Shown piece by piece: positions 43,682 through 57,800 of a DNA stretch of 64,000 bases (its first letter is position 1; each line of letters begins with the position of its first letter). This stretch comes from Zootoca vivipara. Its lineage: Eukaryota. The notes below the pieces were generated by a model. That model ran no database searches. It was given only the letters and a program-made list of their open reading frames with translations, and was not told the origin of the DNA. A program made the position numbers and the translations under genes. The stretch is from positions 31,000,001-31,064,000 of the forward strand of contig NC_083294.1 in the NCBI RefSeq assembly GCF_963506605.1, written 5' to 3'.

Positions 43682-46230
43682 ATGAAGTAAGTGAGCGGGC
43701 GGGGGTAGGGAGGTTTTGGTTTGGTATGGCGTGTGGAGGTTTGGGAGAACGAGCGGGGCTTCCCTTGGAATCAGCGCTCGGCCTTATAGATCGTTTTTCC
43801 GAGAGCCGAGATCCAGCCTGAAACGTGTGACTCCCTGACACGGAAGAGCACGTCTGGATTTGCACCAGATCGCTAGGACCACATACACTGGCGCGAATTG
43901 CTGGGACACCCTGCAGGGTGGTGAGGGTGCATGTGAAGTCTGTCCTGAACTCACACGGCTTTTGTTTCTCTCTCTTTCTGTAGTCCACTAACCAAAGTGA
44001 AGCTTATCAACGAGCTGAATGAGCGCGAAGCGCAGCTTGGTGTACAAGATAAGGTCTCCTGGCATGCTGAGTACAGCGACAGTGCCTGGGTGTTTGTGGG
44101 TGGGTGTCAAGCACAGAAGCAGCCTCCGATGCACAATCCCTGAAAGTATAGCAGTTTGTGCGACTTCTGCTGAGAACTGTACTTATTTCCTCCTCCCCTT
44201 TTTTGCTTCTAGGTGGTCTTCCCTATGAGCTGACGGAAGGCGACATTATTTGTGTATTTTCACAGTAAGTGAAAAATTGATATCTGATGTTGGAAGCCGA
44301 GAAACTTGTTTATTTAGGATTTTAAAGATGCAATTTTCAGTTAACACTTAATTCCCAAAGCAGCTAACTTTTTAAAAACATCTTACAAAATTACTTTTAA
44401 AACTGTTTTGTTTTTTAATAAATTCTATTTTTGCATTTTGTATTTTACATAAAAACATAAACAAATGAATTAAATATATAATGTTACCCAGTGTGGCAGT
44501 TAACATTCATGGATACAAATTTTGAAGCAGGGGTACACTCTTCTCACCTCTCTGCCTTGAGAAATTAAACCCTACATCAGCATTTGTGTTTTCTTAATAT
44601 TTCTTGGCCTGACTTGTATCCTTCCATGTTTTCAGTGTGAAGCCTAAGTTATGTTGGTCTCTGTATTTCTTTTCAGGTATGGGGAAATTGTGAACATAAA
44701 TCTGGTACGTGATAAAAAGACAGGGAAATCCAAAGGTTTCTGTTTCATTTGCTATGAAGATCAGCGAAGCACCATTCTTGCGGTTGATAATTTTAATGGA
44801 ATAAAGGTGGGTTTGGCAATTGGAGACATAAAGTGTCTAGAATTCCTCTCTGTTGTACTTAGCTACTAGAGTCAGGCTGTGAAAAGTCCTCACTCTGGAA
44901 GATGCATTGAGTCACCAGACTCTTCTAGGAAGGGTTTGCAGAAATTGAGCATTTTCAATAGCCCTCAAAAGGACTAGTCATAGTATTTCATCAGGCATCT
45001 TAACATTCTATGAGTTTAGTTCTTATTTTGCTCCAGGCTTATGTCTTGTGGTGCCACTTCTGCCTAACTCTAAAGAAGAGGAGGATAAGAAGGTTGCCAG
45101 CTTAGATGTGTTTGTTCCATAATTGTAATGATTCTCTGTTCACAGATTAAAGGAAGGACAATTCGTGTGGACCATGTGGCTAATTATCGCCCACCGAAAG
45201 ACTCTGAGGATATTGATGATGTAACAAAAGCTCTCAGAGAAAGAGGATGTGGTGCTAAAACACCTCCAAGTTCACCAGAGTCTTCAAAAGATAGTGAGGT
45301 GGTAGTAAAGAAACACAAAAAAGGTAACATCTATGTGTGTGTCTGAAAATTGTAAGTCTGTTTGAAACTCCCAAGTCTAGAAATATGAGCCAGCTTTTGA
45401 TTCCTATAAATGACTAGTGTGCAAGGCAGTGAGAAAGCATGCTGGAAAGTCCAAACTTATGTCATCTTCCCTGCCTTTCTTTAGTTATAGAATGCCTTTT
45501 ACCTGACTAGTTGTCAAATATCTGCTAGGATTGTCTAGCCTTTGTTTAACGGGTGGTTTGAGGAGGTGTGGGTGAAGGAACTGAAACAGATGGCTAGTCT
45601 TTATGTGTATTTCTCTTAAACTGTTGCCTTTGATCCTTACAATGTATAATGCAAGGTCAGCAGTAGGGCAGAACTGATACCAAGATTAAAAAGAGCCAAC
45701 TGAATTTGGGGAAAGATGGGTTCTAGAAATGTTTCGTGTCCAAGTGTCTTGGGAATGTTAGGGCATATGACACACTAGGAAGAAGAGTTTTTCAGGAGAG
45801 AGCAGAAATAATGATGAACTTTAGTAGGGATGTGACAAACCTTTTTGACCTCTGTGTCATCTGTTCATCTAAAGAGAAAAGCAAGAAGAAGAAGAAAGAG
45901 AAGAGAGAGCACCGAAAATGTGCGAAAGAGAAACAGCTTGCAGACTCTCCTCCTTCTAAAACCAGGATCAAAGTGGAGAAGGAAGACCCAGGGTATGAAT
46001 GGCATGCCAGTGCAAGTCAGCAGACCTGGAGTAGCACATCTGGGCACAAACATGCAAGCTTGGCACAACATGAACAGGATAAATATGAGCATGTGAGAGT
46101 GAGGTCTCGAGACAGAGCCACAGACAGGGACAGGCAAGAACAGAGAACAACCCACAGTGAAAAGCACAAGAAGGTAGATACTCCCAAAGAAAGGCCCCAA
46201 GCAACAGAAAGCAGAAGATCCTGGGAGTGA
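43682..46230 (+). CDS. RBMX2: RNA-binding motif protein X-linked 2 (Snu17/IST3 ortholog, RES complex; 278 aa)
   Basis: Exons 43682-43686, 43984-44099, 44213-44264, 44677-44806, 45146-45323, 45875-46230 = 837 nt; [17 protein letters not shown]...[47 protein letters not shown] (RRM); K/R/E-rich tail. Confidence 0.96.
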
Positions 46231-47037
46231 TGGGGGAGAAGAAAAGCCCTGCAAGGAGGAGTCTTCAAGCCACCACAGACCCACCTGACCCTGTGACATG
46301 CAGGGAGCCCTGAATCCTTAGTGGAGTGAATGTTGTGTGCTGTTGTTGGCCTCTGTTTTTAAGTAACTTTTTATTGGGTTTTAGAAATAGAAATAATGAA
46401 TTTTGCAAATAAATAGACCAAGTCTTCACATGTCATTTGTATATCACAATCTTGCACCTATTATTTCTCCACTAATCCCAATATCACATCACCCATATTT
46501 TTATGAGCAAGGGAGAATTAAACAATTTGAGCACTGGGAATTCACATTGCAAGATTCCTATACCAATAATCAACCTATATTTGGTAACCAAATAAAATTA
46601 ACAGCTTTACAAATCTCACATTTTTTCCTGGAAACAATGAAAACACATAATAACGTCCATTGAATAAGCTGGACCTAGGACCAGAACCTTTTGCAGATTT
46701 TGTCCAAATCCAGAAAGTTGTAAGTGTGAATGGATTTGTAAGCCAATGTAAAGAGCAGAGATGTATTTAAAAACAAAACAAAAACAAAACATTGCTTTTA
46801 TAGGACACCATTTATTTCCAAGTTCTCTAAGGTGCCCTACTAAGCTCGCTTATTGCCAGACATTAGGCCTGTCATGTTGCTGAATTAGCATGTGTTGTCA
46901 TAGCTGTTTAGATTTGAGAGTCCCCATCCTCCAACAATTGGGCAAAGGTACAGCAAAGATTTTTTTTAATGTGTGGTCTGCCTGCTTGTTAAGTTTCCTT
47001 TGTCATTTGGACATATGGATTGGTGGTTAACATTTGA

Positions 47038-47086
<49 letters not shown>

Positions 47087-47092
47087 TAATAA
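47038..47092. repeat. (AAT)n microsatellite
   Basis: About 17 AAT units. Confidence 0.95.
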
Positions 47093-47175
47093 TTTTGGAA
47101 CAAATATAATTTTAGTTGCAATCAGCTGGCCCATAAAATTTTATAATATGCACCATCATTTATTTGTTTGCTGGA

Positions 47176-47330
47176 GCCTGGATAGCTCAGTCGGTTAGAG
47201 CATGGTGCTGATAACACCAAGGTTGCAGGTTTAATCTCTGTATAAGACACCTGCTTATTCATGTGATGAAAGGGGGTTGGGCTAGATGATCCTCAGGGTT
47301 GCTTCCAAGTCTTCAGTTCTCTGATTCTCT
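47176..47330 (+). mobile_element. tRNA(Ile)-like SINE with CR1-type tail
   Basis: gatagctcagtcggttagagcatggtgctgataacaccaaggttgcaggtt head, then ctagatgatcctcaggg...ttccaa...ttctctgattc tail. Confidence 0.7.
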
Positions 47331-48419
47331 TGATTGTTATTCTTATAGTTTACTCTTTACGTTTAGTGGTACTGGAGTGCCCTCTACTGTTGAAAGAGGA
47401 CATAAACCATGCTGTATCTTTTAGGTTTAAGTTAATTCAACTGCTTTTTCAAACTTGTGACATACCGTATGTAGCTTTATTATAGAAGTAACTGAACTGC
47501 AGAATTATAGCAAAACTGTGCAAAGCTTAGACTGGTGAAGGACACTACTGATTATTTGCCAAAATAAGTACAGGTATTAATATAATTACTTCAAATGTAA
47601 AGGGGCTAGGAAGGCCAATAAAATGCTCAGAATGGCAACTTATTTGTTCAAAATGGACATATAGTCTTTTTGCAAAAAACACATAAAACAGATTTTTAAA
47701 AAATACATTGATTCTTTTATGTTCCAATTAAAATCACCATCGGTTATTAACTCATTCGACGATTTTTCCCCCATTTTGGCCATAGGGTTCCCCCATTGTG
47801 ATACTGTGTTCCATTAAAAATGCATTCAACAAAAATAAACCTTCCATTTACACCTTTCAGTACTTCTGTAGACAGAAAATTAAGTCATGAATGTATTAAT
47901 AGGGCCACCCCTCTAGCTTTACTGGAGACACTTGCTATGAACCTGTATTGAGACCGAACTTTTGTGTTTATTGTCAAATACAGTTGACTGGAAACGAAGA
48001 CCAAGGGTGATAAACCTGATACTGTACAGTACCAGTTTCTGAGAAAGGTTGTTCTCAAAACAGATTTAGTCAAGGAAAGGCATTCGAGATCTGACATAAA
48101 TGTTTCCCCACAGAAGTCTGCCATGCGGGTCTTGCTGTTTTGTTCGTGCTCTACACAATTCTTGAGGTTTTAAATGTGAAAATGAAAGGAGTTGCTTTGA
48201 TAAAAACACTGCAAAGGCCTAGAAAGGCCTTTCTTCTGTTGTGTAGATAGGTGGTTTGTTCCTTCCCAAATATCTGTAGTGATTATGTCCTCCTATACAG
48301 TATTTAATATGACCATCATCCTCTCATGCTGGCTAACAGGCAAGAGTGAAATCGCAAGAACCTACTGTAGTCCTAATCGCTACGCCACACACGGGTGTAG
48401 CCTTTTCCCACGTGCCAGG

Positions 48420-48834
48420 CACTCAACCCGCCCTGGCAGCCTCGACCCCTCCATTGTCTCTCCCGCTCATCTGTCAGGAATCCTGGCCAAGGGAAGGGGG
48501 CGGGGCGGATGGGCGTGACATCGAGCGCGCTGCATGGGCGGGGCAGGCCCCCCGCCGCCGCCGCTTTGCCATTGGCCGGATTTTATCCCGCCCCTTGAAA
48601 AACGCCCGCTTCACTTGTCCAGTCATAAGCTATGGGACTGTCTTGCGCATTTTATATCACGCGGGTAGCGAAATCCTTACTCCGCCCCCTCCCTCTCGCT
48701 TTTTGGCCTTTGCCGGTTGCCGTCGCCACTCTTTCTCCAGCAGGAGCGCCGCCGTGCGAAAGAAAGAGCGAGGCTGCTCTGGGAAAAAGGAGCGGGGGTG
48801 GGGGCGTCCCTGCCGGCTCCCTTCCTCAGCCGCA
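48420..48834 (+). promoter_or_regulatory. SLC25A14 CpG-island promoter
   Basis: Tandem GC boxes GGGGCGGGGCGG ~48496-48508, ATTGG ~48571, high CpG density. Confidence 0.7.
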
Positions 48835-51800
48835 ATGTCGGTCCTGAGCTGGAAGCCGTTCGTCTACGGCGGCCTGGCCTCGCTCGTCGCCGAGTTCGGT
48901 GGGTGAGAGGGGAAAGAGGGACCCGCGAGGTGGGTGGGGGCCCCCGGCCTGGGCGCACGCTCTCGCTTAACCCCGCCCCTTCCCCGTTACCGGGCAACAG
49001 GCCACGCCCTTTCTGGGGCCTAGTGTCTCCGGACTGTTGTCTGATACCGTTAGGAGGCTTTGTCCGACCCTTGCGGGCTTTCCCTTGTCTCCACCCTCTC
49101 ACTGCTAATGGCGCATGCCGTTTTCAGTTCGGGCCATACCACTCTGCCAAAGAAGAGGGGGGTGGGGAAGCCTCGGTGGGGTGGGGTAGTCTTAGGAGCG
49201 CCAGCCTAGGACAGGGGAGATCACCTGCTCCGCATCTCCACCTGCCGGCGAAGCTCGCAGGGTGACCTTGGGCCAGTCGCGCGCTGTCATACCAGCCTAC
49301 CTCGCAGAGTTGTTGTGAGGCAAAAGTATCTCTGTTGCTGGAGGGAGAAAATGAGGATCCGAATGTTAACACGGGGTGATCATTGCAAGGGTGGCTTATT
49401 GGAAATGGAAAGAGAAAGGGGATGATTGGGAATGTGGGGGAGGGAATAGTATGATGTAGGGGTTAAAAGTTTTGAATTAGAACTCAAGGAACCCAGGTGC
49501 CGGTGAAGCTAAGTGGATGACCTTGGGCCTAGCACTGTCGCTTGGCCTAGCCTACCTTGCAGGGCTGTAGTGGGGATGAGAGAACCACTTACACGGGTCT
49601 TGTGACCCTTGGAGGAAGGTGGGATATAGAGAGAAGCGCCTATGTTGCAGGGCCTCGTTTTTCATACAAGTTCAGACGAGAATTTGGTTTGACTCCTCAG
49701 CACAGAAGCTCTTGGGGTGACTTTGATCGCTATACGTTCACTCTACCTATGTGTTGTGAGGACGAAAATGGAAAAGCAGGATACAGTACAGTATTTTATG
49801 CCAATCTACACTCAAGAGGAAGAGTGGCAAAAATATAAATATATACAACAGTCGATGACTTGAGTCCATGGGTTGTTCCTGACTTTTCATTTTCTCCTTT
49901 CTCTCATCTTCCTCCCATTGAGAAGCTTATTAGCTAGGTTTAGGGACTGTGTATGCATGCATACTTTTAAAATATTTTAATTATAAACGCAACTAAATGT
50001 CCTTGTGGCACCTTAAGGAGTAAGTAGATTTATTTGTGACACACACTTTTGTCAATTGGAGACCGCTTTAGCTGCATGAAGTGTTATCACATCTATCTGT
50101 GTATGCATACATCATGCAAGTACACTTTGCTTTGTGTTTCTGTATGATAATTTATAAAGTGCCTAGTGTTTTCTAGGTGCTATACAAAGATTTAAAAGCA
50201 AAACACAGTTCCTGTATGTACACTTAAAGGCTAGCAGACATGTTTCAAAGGGGAAATGATAGGGAAGGAATAGAGAAAAAGCAAATTCAGGTATTAGTTC
50301 TTCATAGTTGCATAACTGTTCCATAAACAAATGAAACAGCCACTGAAAGAGAGTTCTCAAAGAGGAGGAGTCAAAAGACAGTCCCAGCAGAGCTGATGAG
50401 GTGGGCCTTCCTGTCTTCTCCCTTTCAAATCAAGTGTATACTATATCTTACTGACATCCATAAATTACATGTGTGCATATAGACACAGTTTTTAAGGTAT
50501 CAAACAGCACTTCAGCTCTGGTTCTTGATAGGATGCAATTAAACACTAATTCATTAATTTATTTACAGTGAATAGCAAAACAGATTAATTCCTTATGGCA
50601 AAGTGTATTGGTTTCTGCCTTCTTGAGCTGTTCAGATGTGACTCAACAGTGTGCTGTAGCTCAGTTGGCAGTTATCAAACCCTGGAAAATTGTACCAATC
50701 AGTGTAGACAATGTTGAGCTAGATGAACGAATGTTCTGACTGTATAAGGCAGCTTCCTATGTTGCTTATAATCCTATATAATAAAGTCCCTGTGTCTCTG
50801 CGTCCAGTCCCTGTGTCCACATAATGCGCATGTGCCCCACGGACACAGGGACTGGACGAAGAGGCGGGGCGTACACGCGCACGCGCTCTCTCCCCCCCTC
50901 AACCCTCTGCCTCCTGTTCCCCTGCGGCGGCGGACCAAGATGGCGGCATCGGGACCCGATGCCGCCATCTTGGTCCGCCGCCTCCGCCTCCTGACAACCC
51001 TACCTGGCCCGTGGGAGGAGCGGCGGGGCCGCGGCCTTCCCTCCCTCTCTGTGCTCGGCCGCGGGACACGACGGGAGAGCGCTTCATTTATTCGCATTCC
51101 TGGCGCGCCCCGCGGCCAAGCGCAGAAAGGGAGGGAAGGCCGCAGCCCCGTCGCACCTCTAGCGCCCGTTTTCTTAACGGGCTGAATGAGACTAGTGCCT
51201 TAATAAATCTAGTGCCCTTGGTTGGTTTTGGTGGAGTGTGGGAAGCAGATGGAAGAAATACATATCTGTTTGGATGGCTTAGTTCAGTACAGGCAATACT
51301 TGTGCTTTGTAGGAAGGAATAAGTCAATGAACTTGATTGAATCCTAGTCAAATATGCAAATTGTTACAGAGCAGCTAGTGTTGGCATGGATTTGGGGCAG
51401 GGTTGACCAATCAGCATCCTTCTCAGCCCTCACTGTGGTGTCTGAACTGAAGTCTCGTCTCTTTTTTATAGGGACGTTTCCTGTGGATCTCACCAAAACA
51501 CGACTTCAAGTCCAAGGCCAAAGCATTGATGCTCGTTTCCGTGAGATCAAGTATCGGGGCATGTTTCATGCCTTGTTTCGCATCTCCAGGGAAGAAGGCA
51601 TTCTCGCACTCTACTCTGGGTAAAGCTCTGTTCCTCTCTTTTATGTACAGTAACCACACCATGCTTGAGGCATCTTCCCCATCCTTTAAATTGAGGTTTC
51701 AGAACTTGTAGATAGCAAGAGTCAAAACTGTGTACTGTAATTGGAATGCTAGGGGAACTCAGCCAAAAAACCCCAAGGAGGAGTGATGCTCCTGCTTTGC

Positions 51801-54800
51801 TGAGTGAAACTTAACTGTCTTCTTCCCCCACCACAGGATCGCTCCAGCCTTGTTAAGACAAGCATCTTATGGCACAATAAAGATTGGTATATACCAGACT
51901 TTGAAGCGACTTTTTGTGGATCGATTAGAAGGTTAGTTTGCCAAGAAAACAGTGTGTGCCTTTTTTCTTAATCTATAGGGCCATGTATATTGATGATGCC
52001 GTACTATAAATAATTTATCTGGTTTGGGCTTCCTCTTTTATGTCTGTGGCCTCAAATCCTTAAGGTGGGAAAAAGGGCTGCATTAGTCCACTGCAAATAG
52101 ATGATGGAACTGCACTCAAAGGTGTTCTAGAAAGACTCAACATATTTCAAGTTATAAAGTTTACTCCTCAGGAGTAGCTTTATTTTTTTACTTCTGTTCT
52201 TTCAAGGGAGAGTGAGCCACATTTCTCTCCACTTCATTTGCTGTCTTTGACATTTTCTACAGCGTCTTTAGATGCAATTGCTCTTGTTGGTCATAATTCA
52301 GGTTTTTTTAAAAAAGTTCTCACTTGATGTTTGTTTATCAGTGGCTATTATATGAGATTGGGCCCTTTGGTGTATGTATACTAAGCTAAGCATGCAGGGA
52401 TGATTCTATTACATAATTTAATTTGTATGCCACCTTTCCACCGTTCAAGCCATACTCAAGGTGGCTTACAATACAAAAAATACAAAACTGCAGCATAATG
52501 AAAGTAGTAAAAAACAAAACAAAAAAACCCAAACTGAACACTTTCCGCATAAATCACAAGATCTAAAATAAAGACACCCCCCCAAAAAAAAACCACCCCA
52601 AGCAACACCCCAGCCTGAGATCTGTTCAGCAGCTTAAGCTTTTGTAGCTGGAGTCAGTTAGGACCTGGCATTCCCAGACCAGGTGGAAAAGGCTTGCAAG
52701 GCAGAGAGCAGGTCTTTCAGGTCTCACAACAATATAAGCATGTGAAGGGGCTCATGCATACATGGACTAATCCCACCCTCTGGATACTGGCATACATGGT
52801 TGACATGCGCTACTACCACAGCCAATGCACAACTGACATCAATCTGAAAGGATTTCTGTGTATGCATTTATGCACACACATAGATGCACTACAAATAGCA
52901 CCTGCTATTCCTGGAGTCTGGCAAAACTGGAGTGATACTTGAGTGTTGGGGGAAGAGATGCTTTTTCCTGGAGGTAGGTGAGGTGTTGTAGCCAGTCATG
53001 TTGTGATTTTCATTCAAACAACTGGCTGTTACTTAGCTTCATCTTGGTCCATTTCCTGGCAGCCTCTCTAGTACTTCCTGCAATTCAGAATCAAGTTCCT
53101 GGGCAGCACTGTCCTCTTGCTTTCCTTTTGGAAACTTGGAGCTTGGTACTGTTTGTTGTTGTGGACTCTGATTAAGCTGGTAGTCCTGCCACCCCTGGGC
53201 TCCTGATGGAGAAACCATAGCATAGCTTGAGTTCCTCTAGTACTTGCAACTGTAGAATGTAACATAACTTACTAGAATCCAGCAACATGCCTCCTTGTCT
53301 CTTGGCTGCCCAACACAGTTGCCTCTGTCTATGCCTGCCACGTGTGGTGTGTCATGGTCTCTCTGCTTCTGGGTACTATTGTCCTAAATATTTGTTTCCC
53401 TTCAGGCCCCACGCAGCCGTTGACCCGGTCTCCTTTGGAGAGCGCTGCGGTCAGTACCACTGCCCTTCCCAGCATTAACTCTGCTCTAACTCTTGGCTTT
53501 TACTTTCTGAACTAATGACCTAATCTCCTTTGCTGGTTTTTTTGGTCTTGGGGATGGCTCTTCTAGGTTTTGGTAGAATCCTCCCCACCCCTGCCATCAA
53601 AATTCTTTTAACATTGCCCCCATGGGATTGGATGGCATTTCTTTAGACAGATAAGTGTCCTGAAGAGCAAGTTAATTGGTAGTGTGCTCCTGTGCTCTCA
53701 TTGGTCAAGCTGCAGAAGTACTTTCATTAGAATCCAGAAGTGTCACAAGGCTGTTCTTGGTGCCATAGGCCCAGAAGAGAAAAAGCTGGAAAGCTGGAAC
53801 TCTTGGTCTTTATGTAGCATTACATCTTTGTTGTCTTTGTTTTTCTTCCTAAAATACTCTCTTGGTCTTCCTCCTTTGGGGTCCATTCTGGGGTTATAAC
53901 TCCCTCTCCAAACTCCTTCCTGTTTGCAGATGAAACATTACTACTAAATGTCTTATGTGGAGTTGTGTCAGGGGTGATCTCCTCTGCGCTGGCAAATCCA
54001 ACAGATGTACTGAAGGTAAGAGGGACCTGCTGTTATTTTGCTTCTACAATCCTTAGCACTGCCATAACTGCTACTCCATGTTTGTCATACTTTTTGACCA
54101 CACCCGCAACAACAAAGGGAGGAGACCGAATACAATTTCACATTAGTGTAACTTATGTTACACTTTTAAGTTAGACACATGAAGACCAGTAGTCCTCAGC
54201 CTCTTCTGGTGAGCCTTTAACTACAGCCTGTTATCTTGTTCTAAAACATTTAATGAATTTTATATTTATTTAAAATGATGATGGATCTATGCATATTTGG
54301 TTTTAATTCGTTTGGGGATTCTTCAATATGTTTTATCATTTTTATTTGTATACTGTTTGGAGTATTTCTGATTAAGCAGTTTATACACTTTAAATACAGT
54401 AAGCCCACAATTTACGTGGTGGCTACATTCCTGGGATCACCCCTAAAGCCAAAATCACGTGTATAGTCAAAAGCCATTGGGTTCAGTTGGTGGCCAGGAT
54501 TGCCAATGTAAATTTCCCCAGAAACCGCCCCCCCTTTCCACCCCTTTTAAATTCTTAAAATATTACTTTGCACATAAAGCTGAATGTGGACAAGTTAAAT
54601 GTGCATAAATTGCAGGCTTATTGTAAGACTCATTTTAACCCTCTGCAAGCTATATTTTTCTGTCTTCCTGCTTCTTTCTCTCTTGGGTGATCAGAAGCAA
54701 AGGAGGACAGCAGTGGTACCTGTGCAGAAGAGGTAATTTAAGCAGGTGCTGCTGATATTTGAGGGATAAGAAAACCCACACAATGGTTTAACAGTAGTGG

Positions 54801-57800
54801 AGGATTGCCTTCCTTGCACCTGGTCACATTTTCAATTCAATATACTTTATTCGACTGATAGTCAGAAAGAAAAAAACATTTCTCAATACAAATATAAAAA
54901 TATAAAACTGAAGGCATCAGAGGGATACATAAAAATATAAAACTAAAGGCATCAGAGGGATACATAAATGGGGTATGACCGCGCTACTAAACCTCCTACA
55001 GGTAACCCACATCAAGACATTTGATTATACGTTTCCGACACTTGAGCGCCAGGAAGAGGAATTTAGTCACCGAGAAGGTTATTTTCCCAGTGGGGTTGTT
55101 TAGCGAATATGCTGCCTGTCGTTCTCTTAGTCGGAAACTAAACTGAGATAAATATGGGGTTATAAGATATTGCCTTAAATCATTGTAAAAGGGACAACTC
55201 AGTAAAATGTGTTCCGTGGATTCTACCTCACCCAAGGCACAATGGCACATTCTCTGACCGTATGGGACTCCTCCAAATCTTCCCCTCAAAACTGCCGAAT
55301 CTAGGACATTCAGTCTAGCCACTGTAAGTAGTCTGCGGTATTCCACATAGTGGATATCTGTCAGGTAACGGGCTGGTGCAGTCCGATACACCTGCTCCCC
55401 TAAAAACATCCCAGATTTCACGCGGGCTATGTCCTCCTGTCTGGCAATATCCCCCAATCTCTGAGCGATCAACGCTTTAGCGTGGCTGTACGTCATGGAC
55501 TCAATATAAAGGGAGGACAGACCGCACTTTTGCACTTCCTCTACCACTTCCCTTTCCCATGGAGATTTAAAATTATCCCTCAGAATCAGGGGGGCCAAAC
55601 CCATCGGTCTGAAACATAGTTTGAGCCATAGCCATAATTTCGTTTTCAGGGCCACATACCTAAAGGCTTGGCAACCGGTCTCCAATCTCATGATTGCACC
55701 TGCAACAGAAGGGGGGATCCTGAGAATGGCCCTGAGGAATTGTGATTGGATAGATTTCAATCTTACAAAGTCCCTACCCAAGGCAATGCCCACCAGAAGT
55801 AGTGGGAGAACTTTCATTTTAAAGAGTCGCAGGGCAACACCCACTGTTTGTGCCTGTTTCTTGGAATACAGGGATCTAATCAACAGAGCTGCTTTAGAAG
55901 CATTTGTGGCTATATATTCTCTGTGTGCCAAGAAGGACCTGTTTGATCGAACTATCTGACCCAGGTATTTGAAACAACTAACCTGCTCTATGGGAATATC
56001 ATTAATTGACCACAAATTAGGTTTTGGTTGAGCAGCAAAGACCATTATTTTGGTCTTGGCATAATTAAGATGGAGCTCGTGTTGGGTCACGTATTTATGA
56101 AGAGCTCGAAGCATCCTCCTTAACCCAATGGGGGAGGTAGCTAAGAGGGCCACGTCATCCGCATACAGGAGGACATTCAAGGCTCTACCTGCTAATTTTG
56201 GCGGGTGGAAAGCAGCATTGGTTATATGTGCCACTAGTGAGTTAATATAGAAATTAAATAGGGCAGGGGCAAGCAAGTAGCCCTGTCTTACCCCTCTAGT
56301 GGTGGCAACCGGATTAGAGACTAGCCCCTTGCCATCTAGCCTAATTCTCAGGAAGGTATTTGTATGCAAATTCATAATCAGCAAAAGGAGGCGGCGGTCG
56401 ATAGATGTTGCTGCCAGTTTTGTCCATAGCTGGTTCCTGGGGATTAGATCAAAGGCCTGCTTAAAGTCGATAAAGGCGACGTGGAGGGCTTTTAGGCCTT
56501 TGCCAGCATATTTGTCGGCCAGATGGTTCAGGATTAGAATTTGGTCTGTTGTCGATCTTCCAGGGTGGAAACCCGCCTGTTCCTCTGTGATAATATTATT
56601 GCTCTCCATCCAGATCATTAATTTGGTCACATTTTCTGTCTCAAACCTCTTTTCCAACCTTAAGCGCGCACACACACACAAAGTTTGTGGTGGTAATATC
56701 ATATTAGTTTACAGCATGACCCATCCATATGCCTTGGCTCACTAGTTCAAGACCAGCCATATACAACAAATGGTTTTGATACCATGCTAGACAGCTGCTT
56801 CATGCTTAGATTTTTGGGTTTACAAGCAGTTTACTTTGGATAACAGGTCATTCATTACTTTATCAGAAATGTTGATTCATTTCTCTTAACTGGGAAGTCT
56901 CTTGCTCATCCCTCTCTTTTAGATCCGAATGCAGGCTCAGGGCAGTCTGTTCCAAGGAGGAATGATTGGAAGCTTCATAGACATCTACCAGCAGGAAGGC
57001 ACGCGGGGGCTATGGAGAGTAAGTGCTTCTTTTGTACACATGCTTTCTTTCTTTCTTTCCTTCCTTCCCTCCCTCCTTCCCCACCGACGACTACTCCTTG
57101 TAGTGCTAGCATCCCATCCATCTATCATTTGCTTTTTAAAAAATTCTTCAGAGAACAAACTTTTTATAGTGAGACTTATCAAGGATAATATGGGTTTCTG
57201 TATTTTGGTTTCCTAACTTATGTAAAATCCACGTTGTTTTTGGTATAGTGAGTGTGTTGCAGATTGAATTGGCTAATATTCCTGGTTTGCCTTAGTACCA
57301 GCATGTATTCCTTAAGTATAGTGCTCAAATTACTGGGGTGTGTGTGCAGAGGTAACCTTACCCGGTACCTTTTCAGATGTCCTCATTGTTTACTATTTAA
57401 AGAGATTACTGAGGGAAGCCTGATTTTGCTACAACTAAAGAGGAGTCAGGGGGTAAGGCTAATGGATTTCATTAAATTCTCCCCAACTCTTCTGTCATAG
57501 TTTGAGAAGTGACCAGTGTTCTTCCTATGGTTGTCTTAAGGCATGGGTTGGCAAACTAAGGCCCGGGGGCCGGACCCAGCCCAATTGCCTTCTGGATCCA
57601 GCCCGTGGAAGGTCTCTGGTGGCAGCACTATTAACTATTAAGTCTTTTCATTTGGCAGGGTGTAGTCCCTACTGCTCAGAGAGCTGCCATAGTGGTGGGA
57701 GTCGAATTGCCAGTCTATGACATCACCAAGAAGCACTTGATCCTGTCAGGAGTTGTGGGGGACACAATCCTTGCCCACTTCATGTAAGTATTGATCAGTT

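Noticed and set aside
48346-48834. 186-aa ORF extending SLC25A14 upstream
   Set aside because: Starts at a non-ATG codon and runs through GC-rich promoter sequence with no similarity to carriers.
49990-50090. Second Penelope/hammerhead remnant on the minus strand
   Set aside because: A ggcaccttaag motif is present but the catalytic core is too decayed to call.
56624-56702. N-terminus of the 568-aa RT ORF
   Set aside because: Lies in and beyond the TSD, so it is host flank that happens to be open; the element lacks its endonuclease and is not autonomous.
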